Shown here piece after piece: positions 9,427 to 16,113 of a stretch of 64,000 bases of DNA. Source of the DNA: an uncultured Acidobacteriota bacterium (GTDB lineage: Bacteria; Acidobacteriota; DATKUA01). The position numbers were made by a program, and so were the translations under genes. Location: assembly GCA_964408025.1 (NCBI GenBank), contig CAYOXX010000001.1, positions 79,140 to 143,139 of the forward strand. The letters run 5' to 3'. The notes below the pieces were generated by a model, which saw only the letters and a list, made by a program, of their open reading frames with translations, had not been told where the DNA came from and made no database searches. Positions within the stretch are counted from its first letter, which is position 1, and every line of letters starts with the position of its first letter.

Positions 9427-11958
9427 ATGGTTGGTCCGTCTCGGCAGAGGTTAGTTACATGGAGGAGAGCGGTAAGCGCTCAGTGTGTCGTTGTCTTAAT
9501 CTTCATACTTATATTCGGCGACCTTGTCGTTTCCCAAGAAATAAACACTCGAACTGATGACCGCCCAGTGCTGCGGTCCTCAGAACGGCGCCACGGTTCT
9601 CCCGCATCTCCATATTTCAGCAGGTTCAGGCAGCCGGACGGAACAAAGTTCCTGGCGCGCCTATTCGGTGATGAGAGCTACCATTGGATGGGGACCGCCG
9701 CCGGTTACACGATCGGTCGGAACAGGCAGACCGGTTACTACGAATATCTTACGACGGACGACGAAGGCCGATTCAGATTTTCGGACGTACGAGTAGGCAT
9801 CGGCGACCCGCGGAAAGCCGGCATACCAAAACGAGTTAGGGAGAGCGGCGATATCATCCGCGAGAGGAGGCGGATCTACCTCAACCGGATGGCGGTCGCA
9901 ACCGCTCCGCAAATTGCTATGCCTGCAGCCACCACTACAGGCGACCTCAAATTACTTGTGATCCTGGCCAATTTCAGCGATACGACGACCACCTACACGC
10001 AGAGCGATTTCAACAGCCTCTTCAACACACCCGGATACTCGGACTACGGAGCCCTTGGTTCCGTATGGGACTACTTCGACGAGGCCTCCTACGGGCTCTT
10101 GAATCTGGATACAACGGTGTCGGTCTGGGTGGACCTCCCTCACACCATGGCCTACTACGGGGCCAATATATCCGGCTACGATGTGCGCCCCCGCGAAATG
10201 GTGGAAGATGCAATCGCTGCTCTCGATGCGACAGGATTCGATTTCTCCCCCTTTGATGTCGATGAGGACGGGTGGATAGATGCTTTTGCGGTCATCCACC
10301 AGGGCCGCGGAGAGGAAGCCGGCGGTGGCGCCGACACCATCTGGTCGCATAAATGGGCTCTGTCGTCTCCTGTCACGGTGGACGGCATCAATATCCAGAC
10401 TTATTACACGGGGCCGGAAAAGCTATATAGCAGCATCTCCACGATCGGTGTCCACTGTCACGAGTTTGGACACGTCCTCGGCCTGCCGGATCTCTACGAT
10501 TATGGTTACGACTCGAAGGGCGTGGGCGACTGGGGAATTATGGCCGGCGGCTCCTGGAACAATCTAGGGAGAACGCCGGCGCACTTCCTCGGATGGTGTA
10601 AGGCACAACTCGCTTGGGTAGTCCCTACGCAGCTCGACGCAGACCAGTCCGATATAACTGTGTCGAGGCTGTCGGACAATCAATCAGTCTACAGAATTTC
10701 AGACGGCATGGGATCGGGCGAGTACCTGATGGTGGAAAACCGGCAGCTTCATGGCTTCGACTCTTTCCTGCCGGGTGCCGGTATCCTGATAACCCATATT
10801 GACGAGAACCAACCCAACAACAACGACCAGACCCAGTATCTGGTCGGGATTGTCCAGGCCGATGGGCTCTGGCACCTGGAAAACAATGTCAACTACGGGG
10901 ACACCGGCGATCCCTACCCCGGCTCGGCCGATAACCGGGCTCTATCACCTTGGACTGATCCTGATAGCGACAGCTATTACAACGGCGTCACAGGCATCGC
11001 CGTCTTCAACATCAGCGACTCAGCCGCAACCATGACCTTCGACCTGGATCTACAAGCGGAGCCGAAAGGCTCCTTAACGGTGAATATCGAGCCGGCCGAA
11101 GCTGTAGTCGCCGGCGCGCAGTGGCGTAGAGTCGGCACTTCGACCTGGTACGACAGCGGCTTCACCGAAAGCGAAATTCCGGTCGGAGATTACGATGTGG
11201 AATTCAGTAGCATCGCTGGATGGATCACGCCTTCTAACGAGCCGGTAACAATTACCGTCGGCGAAACCACCACTACCTCCGGCACCTACACGCTGCAAAC
11301 CGGTTCCCTGAGAGTAACTATCGAACCTCAGGGTGCCAAAGATGCCGGCGCGCAATGGCGCCGAATCGGCACTTCGACCTGGTACGACAGCGACTTCACC
11401 GAGAGCGGCATCCCGACAGGAAGCTACAACGTGGAATTCAAAAGCATCTCTGGGTGGGACACGCCCTCGAACGAGCCTGTCGTAATCACCTTTGGCGGCA
11501 CCGCCACTGCCTCCGGCACCTACATCCTGCAAACCGGTTCCCTGAGTGTGACTATCGAGCCCCAGGGTGCCAGAGATGCCGGCGCGCAGTGGCGCCGAGT
11601 CGGCACTTCGATCTGGCACGACAGCGGCTACACCGAGTCAGACATCCCTGTCGGCGAGGAGACTGTGGAGTTCCAAGAGATAGAAGATTGGGCAGCCCCT
11701 GAGAACCAACCTGTCACTATCATTAAGGACGACAATACCCCCCTAACTGGAACATACGTGATATGCCCAAAGACCTACGACGTGAACCTCGACGGCAGTG
11801 TGACGCCGGGCGACGCCCTGATGGCCTTCCAGCACTATCTGGGGATCATAACCATCTCCGATCCCTGCAGCCTGCTGCGCGCCGACGCCAACGACGACGG
11901 CAGCATCACGCCGGGCGACGCACTTATCATTTTCCAGGATTATTTAGGGCTGAATTAG
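9427..11958 (+). CDS. Secreted M6-family (immune-inhibitor-A-like) zinc metalloprotease + 3x 78-aa beta-module + C-terminal dockerin-like module
   Basis: N-terminal hydrophobic signal-like segment. HEXXH 'HEFGHVLGLPDLYD' at 10459-10473 sits within M6-domain-like context ('LLVILANFSD', 'HKW', 'GDWGIMAGG', 'GILITHID'). Three tandem repeats and a duplicated Ca-loop dockerin segment follow. Confidence 0.8.
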   Translation: MVGPSRQRLVTWRRAVSAQCVVVLIFILIFGDLVVSQEINTRTDDRPVLRSSERRHGSPASPYFSRFRQPDGTKFLARLFGDESYHWMGTAAGYTIGRNRQTGYYEYLTTDDEGRFRFSDVRVGIGDPRKAGIPKRVRESGDIIRERRRIYLNRMAVATAPQIAMPAATTTGDLKLLVILANFSDTTTTYTQSDFNSLFNTPGYSDYGALGSVWDYFDEASYGLLNLDTTVSVWVDLPHTMAYYGANISGYDVRPREMVEDAIAALDATGFDFSPFDVDEDGWIDAFAVIHQGRGEEAGGGADTIWSHKWALSSPVTVDGINIQTYYTGPEKLYSSISTIGVHCHEFGHVLGLPDLYDYGYDSKGVGDWGIMAGGSWNNLGRTPAHFLGWCKAQLAWVVPTQLDADQSDITVSRLSDNQSVYRISDGMGSGEYLMVENRQLHGFDSFLPGAGILITHIDENQPNNNDQTQYLVGIVQADGLWHLENNVNYGDTGDPYPGSADNRALSPWTDPDSDSYYNGVTGIAVFNISDSAATMTFDLDLQAEPKGSLTVNIEPAEAVVAGAQWRRVGTSTWYDSGFTESEIPVGDYDVEFSSIAGWITPSNEPVTITVGETTTTSGTYTLQTGSLRVTIEPQGAKDAGAQWRRIGTSTWYDSDFTESGIPTGSYNVEFKSISGWDTPSNEPVVITFGGTATASGTYILQTGSLSVTIEPQGARDAGAQWRRVGTSIWHDSGYTESDIPVGEETVEFQEIEDWAAPENQPVTIIKDDNTPLTGTYVICPKTYDVNLDGSVTPGDALMAFQHYLGIITISDPCSLLRADANDDGSITPGDALIIFQDYLGLN
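11068..11769 (+). repeat. Three in-frame tandem coding repeats of exactly 234 nt (78-aa 'GSLxVxIEP..GAQWRRxGTSxWxDSGxTE..P.G...VEF' module)
   Basis: Repeat starts at 11068, 11302 and 11536 were read directly from the DNA and the translation. Confidence 0.9.
11776..11955 (+). other. Dockerin-like module (coding segment)
   Basis: 'YDVNLDGSVTPGDALMAFQHYLG...ADANDDGSITPGDALIIFQDYLGLN'. These are two D-x-[ND]-x-DG-x-[VI] Ca-loop plus helix segments about 30 aa apart. Confidence 0.75.
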
Positions 11959-12300
11959 GAGACAAGTATGACTCGCATCTCCCAAGGACGCGGGCGAGGA
12001 GGGCGGAGAGGACGAACAACTAAACAGCGAGGCCGATACGGATACATTGATATGAGATTCTGAGGGGCGCAGGAAACAGATCACCCGCTTAAACGAGACC
12101 TTGAGTTCTTCCTAATAAAATTCTCTTGAAAGATTCAAAAAAGACTTGCGCAACTCTTCCGACTCGCGTAGTTTATTCATCTGGGCCTTGATGATCTTTG
12201 AAGCAAACCATTACTCGCTGCTCATAATCCGCGCCATTACTTCCATTATACCTTGCGCGTACAGCAATGAGAAATTAATCGCTTTAAAGGAGGTTAAACT

Positions 12301-15300
12301 ATGATTAATTCCCAGAAGACCATCCAGTTTATTATTTTTCTGGCGATTACGACTATAAGTGTACTGCCCGGTATCTTATTGGGGCAAAGTGGCTCACATC
12401 ATAAGGGAGGTAAGGAATTTGGTCTTATTCATTATCATAGAAATAATACTATAACCTATAGCCCACCATCATTAGGTGATAGAACTCCTTTAATATTAGT
12501 ACATGGAATGGGGAGCGAAATTGATTATTTGGAAGGATGGGATGAATGGATTGATTATATCAATGACAATGATAATGGGCGTTTTGAGATTTACAGATTT
12601 ATTTACAATTCCGACAACAGAATAGAATATAATGGGAGACTTTTTGCCGATGCTTTCCTTGATAACTATGATCTACGGACAAGCAACAAGACCATTATTC
12701 TGGCTCATAGTATGGGAGGTCTCGTCTCAAGAGCAGCACTTGCATATAGCCCACAAATGCTGAACGCAGTTAAAAGGCTAGTAACTTTGGGTACTCCCCA
12801 TTATGGTTCACCATTGGCGATCCCAGCATGGGTACGTTATTCACGAATGGAAATTCCTCTTCTGTATCGCTGGGCGTTTTGGGCACATTATGCTGGTTGG
12901 TGGAGTTTTTTCCCCGCGGAGCGTGGAGCCTTTGATTTGGCTTGGTATCCTCCTGATGCAAATTACAATCTCCCCAATGGTGCTGTGTCTGGTGCACAAA
13001 TTACAGAGACAAATAATGTATTAAACTATAACCAGGACCAAATAAATTGGCATAACGAGGCAATCACTGAACCTTATATAGAACGTTTAGACGAGAATGA
13101 ACCACTTGAAGTGAAGCTAAAAACATTTGCTTATGCCGTAATTTACGACGATGGTTCCGAAGAATGGAGTTGGCTAACGGATTTTTCTCCGATATGGGAA
13201 TTTGGTTGGCAATTTCTAACTGTGCATCAAACCGAAGGAGGTTGGTACCCATTTTTATTAAATGATGGTGTTGTTCCTGAAATAAGTGCCCGGTACAATT
13301 ATCAAGCTTTTGGACAAACAATCAATGGGTATTACTCTCACGGGGATTTATTGACTCATCAAGACATCCACAGCGTAGTTTTTCAGTTTCTTTGCGCTTT
13401 GCATGACATTCCTGATGACCCGACACCTGATTATTACAGAGTATCTGGATACGTGAAAAACACTTCAGGATCTCCCATTAAGAATGTCAAGGTTACATTC
13501 GTCGGTAATGGAAGAACTGAATACACATATACGGATAGAGATGGATATTATGATAACTGGCTCGAAGAAGGATGGAGTGGCACTGTCAATGCTGAAGGAG
13601 GTGAATATACATACAGTGGTCCGATTTCTATTTCATCGCTAACATCTAACCTTGATGGACAAAATTTCACTGGTACACCCTTTTATACGGGAACTCCTGA
13701 TTACACTATAATTAGCTTTACTGCTGATTCAACGGCAACTGAAAGAACACATGTATATTATTCCATGACAGTGAGAAATGTTGGGAATAATACTGTGCCC
13801 ATAGCGAGTGAAGGAACCACCATATACATATCAGAAGATAGCATAATAAGCGAGTGGGATTATAGAATAGGATCCGATCCGACCCCTCTGTACAATCCTG
13901 GAGATGAGGAATCATTCAATAATGACTTTCGTATGTTGACTTCTGCTACAGGAAGCCCAACTAACTATTATCGACCAACGGTATTATGGCAAAATACACA
14001 GATAGTATATGCGGCTGGTCAAAATATGCATATAGAAGTGGTAGGATTTGCATATACCAAATCGGGAAGCGATGATAGAAGAACTCCCGCCGGAGATATC
14101 GGAAATCCGGCCCCTGACGACGGCAACTGGCCAGGTCCAGGCCTTGACAAGTACAGCATTATTGCACGATTGGGAGAGGGTGGAGAGCCGTTCAGGTTAG
14201 CCGTATACCAAATAGATGCGACTCGATGGGAATATGATGGTCCCGCACCTGCAAGTGGAGAACTATTTATAACAGCAAATGATACCGATCTTAGTGATAA
14301 TATAGGATCTTTAGGAGATAATAGGTATAGCATAACAACTTATGATTACGCAATAAGACTACCAATAGGTAATGTATACATCGGTGCATTTATAGATGCG
14401 CATAATGAAGTTCCCGAAAGTGATGAAGCTAATAATTCAATGTGCGTACCAATATACATTGAACCCGCTCCTGACCCTGTAATCAGTGGTAATATTCGCC
14501 GGAGCAATGGCGACCCAGTCTCAGACGTGCTTGTAATATTCCCTGGTGCTGGTTCAGCTGTAAGCAATGAAGAAGAAGGTTATTACCAGATCGAGGTTCC
14601 ATGGGGCCTTACTAGCTATTTACATATCGCGAAAGATGACGGTGCAGATTGGACATTCGATGTAGATGGAAACGAGTATTCTATTCAGAATGATCAGACT
14701 ATTGATGTTTTAGCAACTCCAGCGAATATTGGTTTACTGACGGTAACGATTCAACCGGCCGAAGCTGAGTTATTCGGCGCACAATGGCGACGCACAGGAA
14801 CAACAACTTGGCACGATAGCGGCGATACCGAGACTGATATACCAGCTGGGAATGTTACTGTAGAGTTCAAGGAAATCCTCGGTTGGACAAAGCCGGATAA
14901 CCAAACGGAAATAGTACCCTCAGGAGATACATTATCACTTAGCGGCACCTACACGCTGCAAACCGGATCCTTGAGCGTAACTATCGAGCCCCAAGGTGCC
15001 AGAGATGCCGGCGCGCAGTGGCGCCGAGTCGGCACTTTGACCTGGTACGACAGCGGCTTCACCGAAGGCGGCATTCCGACAGGAAGCTACGATGTGGAAT
15101 TCAAGAGCGTCTATGGATGGGACACACCCTTGAACGAGCCTGTCGTAATCACCTTTGGCGGCACCACCACTGCCTCCGGCACCTACGAGCTGCTTTCCGG
15201 TTCCCTCCAGGTGAATATCTCGCCCCAGGGAGCCGTCGACGCCGGAGCCAAGTGGCGGCGCACCGGTACCGGTACCTGGCTCGATAGCGGATACACGGAG

Positions 15301-16023
15301 AGCGGTATCCCCGTCGGCGATGTCACCATAGAGTTCAAAACAACGCCGGGCTGGACAGAACCTTCCGACAGGACCGCTACGATTAATCAAGATGAAACCA
15401 CTACGTTGGATGCCGCCTATACCGAAACGCCACTCATTGTCAGCGTATCCGACGGGCTCGGAATGCCTGGTGATACCGTTCCAATCAGCGTGAGCTTGAG
15501 CGAGGGCGCGGGAGTGCTGTCCTTCGGATTCGACCTGACCTTCGATCCTAATGTTCTCGAGTACCAGCCGCCCGCGGAGAGAGGCGGCTTGGTACCCGGC
15601 GGCTATAATTTTAACTCCAACCTCATCGGTAACAGCATCGTCAGGGTCGGCGGCTACAGCGGCGATGGCGAGACAACACTTAATCCCGGCAGCGGCGTCC
15701 TGGCCGTCATCAACTTCAAGATAAAAGAAGATGCCGCAACCGAAACCACAACCGAACTGGTCCTCAGCGTCATTTCGGACGACATCGCGAGCGGCACGAT
15801 CGACAACGGTCAGATCGAAGTAATCGACTGCGTAAATAACTACGACGTAAACCAGGACGGCAGTGTTACGCCGGGCGACGCACTGGTGACCTTCCAGCAC
15901 TATCTTGGAATATCCACCATCACCGATCCCTGCAGCCTCTTACGCGCCGACGCCAACGACGACGGCAGCATCACGCCCGGCGACGCCCTGATCATTTTCC
16001 AGGAATATTTAGGGCTGAATTAG
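12301..16023 (+). CDS. Secreted multidomain alpha/beta-hydrolase (lipase class-2/PGAP1-like) + carboxypeptidase-regulatory-like and CARDB-like domains + 3x 78-aa module + cohesin-like + dockerin-like
   Basis: Strong SD AAGGAGG lies 7-8 nt upstream. Signal-like N-terminus. 'LILVHGMGS' and nucleophile elbow 'ILAHSMGG' (Ser codon 12709-12711), plus 'TLGTPHYGS'. The downstream domains were read from the translation. Confidence 0.75.
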   Translation: MINSQKTIQFIIFLAITTISVLPGILLGQSGSHHKGGKEFGLIHYHRNNTITYSPPSLGDRTPLILVHGMGSEIDYLEGWDEWIDYINDNDNGRFEIYRFIYNSDNRIEYNGRLFADAFLDNYDLRTSNKTIILAHSMGGLVSRAALAYSPQMLNAVKRLVTLGTPHYGSPLAIPAWVRYSRMEIPLLYRWAFWAHYAGWWSFFPAERGAFDLAWYPPDANYNLPNGAVSGAQITETNNVLNYNQDQINWHNEAITEPYIERLDENEPLEVKLKTFAYAVIYDDGSEEWSWLTDFSPIWEFGWQFLTVHQTEGGWYPFLLNDGVVPEISARYNYQAFGQTINGYYSHGDLLTHQDIHSVVFQFLCALHDIPDDPTPDYYRVSGYVKNTSGSPIKNVKVTFVGNGRTEYTYTDRDGYYDNWLEEGWSGTVNAEGGEYTYSGPISISSLTSNLDGQNFTGTPFYTGTPDYTIISFTADSTATERTHVYYSMTVRNVGNNTVPIASEGTTIYISEDSIISEWDYRIGSDPTPLYNPGDEESFNNDFRMLTSATGSPTNYYRPTVLWQNTQIVYAAGQNMHIEVVGFAYTKSGSDDRRTPAGDIGNPAPDDGNWPGPGLDKYSIIARLGEGGEPFRLAVYQIDATRWEYDGPAPASGELFITANDTDLSDNIGSLGDNRYSITTYDYAIRLPIGNVYIGAFIDAHNEVPESDEANNSMCVPIYIEPAPDPVISGNIRRSNGDPVSDVLVIFPGAGSAVSNEEEGYYQIEVPWGLTSYLHIAKDDGADWTFDVDGNEYSIQNDQTIDVLATPANIGLLTVTIQPAEAELFGAQWRRTGTTTWHDSGDTETDIPAGNVTVEFKEILGWTKPDNQTEIVPSGDTLSLSGTYTLQTGSLSVTIEPQGARDAGAQWRRVGTLTWYDSGFTEGGIPTGSYDVEFKSVYGWDTPLNEPVVITFGGTTTASGTYELLSGSLQVNISPQGAVDAGAKWRRTGTGTWLDSGYTESGIPVGDVTIEFKTTPGWTEPSDRTATINQDETTTLDAAYTETPLIVSVSDGLGMPGDTVPISVSLSEGAGVLSFGFDLTFDPNVLEYQPPAERGGLVPGGYNFNSNLIGNSIVRVGGYSGDGETTLNPGSGVLAVINFKIKEDAATETTTELVLSVISDDIASGTIDNGQIEVIDCVNNYDVNQDGSVTPGDALVTFQHYLGISTITDPCSLLRADANDDGSITPGDALIIFQEYLGLN
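14731..15432 (+). repeat. Three in-frame tandem coding repeats of 234 nt, same 78-aa module family as 11068-11769
   Basis: Repeat starts at 14731, 14965 and 15199. The second copy is about 88% identical in DNA to 11302-11535 (hand alignment, 29 mismatches in 234, no gaps). Confidence 0.9.
15433..15822 (+). other. Cohesin-like module (coding segment)
   Basis: 'LIVSVSDGLGMPGDTVPISVSLSEGAGVLSFGFDLTFDPNVLEYQ...VRVGGYSGDG...GVLAVINFKIKED...GQIEV'. The pattern resembles the cohesin jelly-roll signature (G..V.IPV.....G....F.L.YDPNVLE). Confidence 0.65.
15841..16020 (+). other. Dockerin-like module (coding segment)
   Basis: 'YDVNQDGSVTPGDALVTFQHYLG...ADANDDGSITPGDALIIFQEYLGLN'. Identity to 11776-11955 is 159/180 nt by hand alignment. 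Confidence 0.75.
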
Positions 16024-16113
16024 GAGGCCGACATGAACCGCATTCCTGAGGTAGTAAAGCGAAATAAAACCAAGCAATCTCCACTGTTGCTTAGTGAAGG
16101 AAAGGTAAATCCT

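Noticed and set aside
11068-15432. Possibility that the near-identical repeat copies are template/variable repeats of a diversity-generating retroelement
   Set aside because: No reverse transcriptase gene is present in the window. The mismatches between copies that I tallied are of all types (T/A, C/T, G/A, etc.) and are not confined to adenine positions.
11074-15900. Antisense ORFs 11074-11619(-) and 14935-15900(-) inside the repeat arrays
   Set aside because: They repeat only because the sense-strand modules repeat. The sense frame gives conserved, periodic 78-aa modules continuous with the catalytic and dockerin domains.
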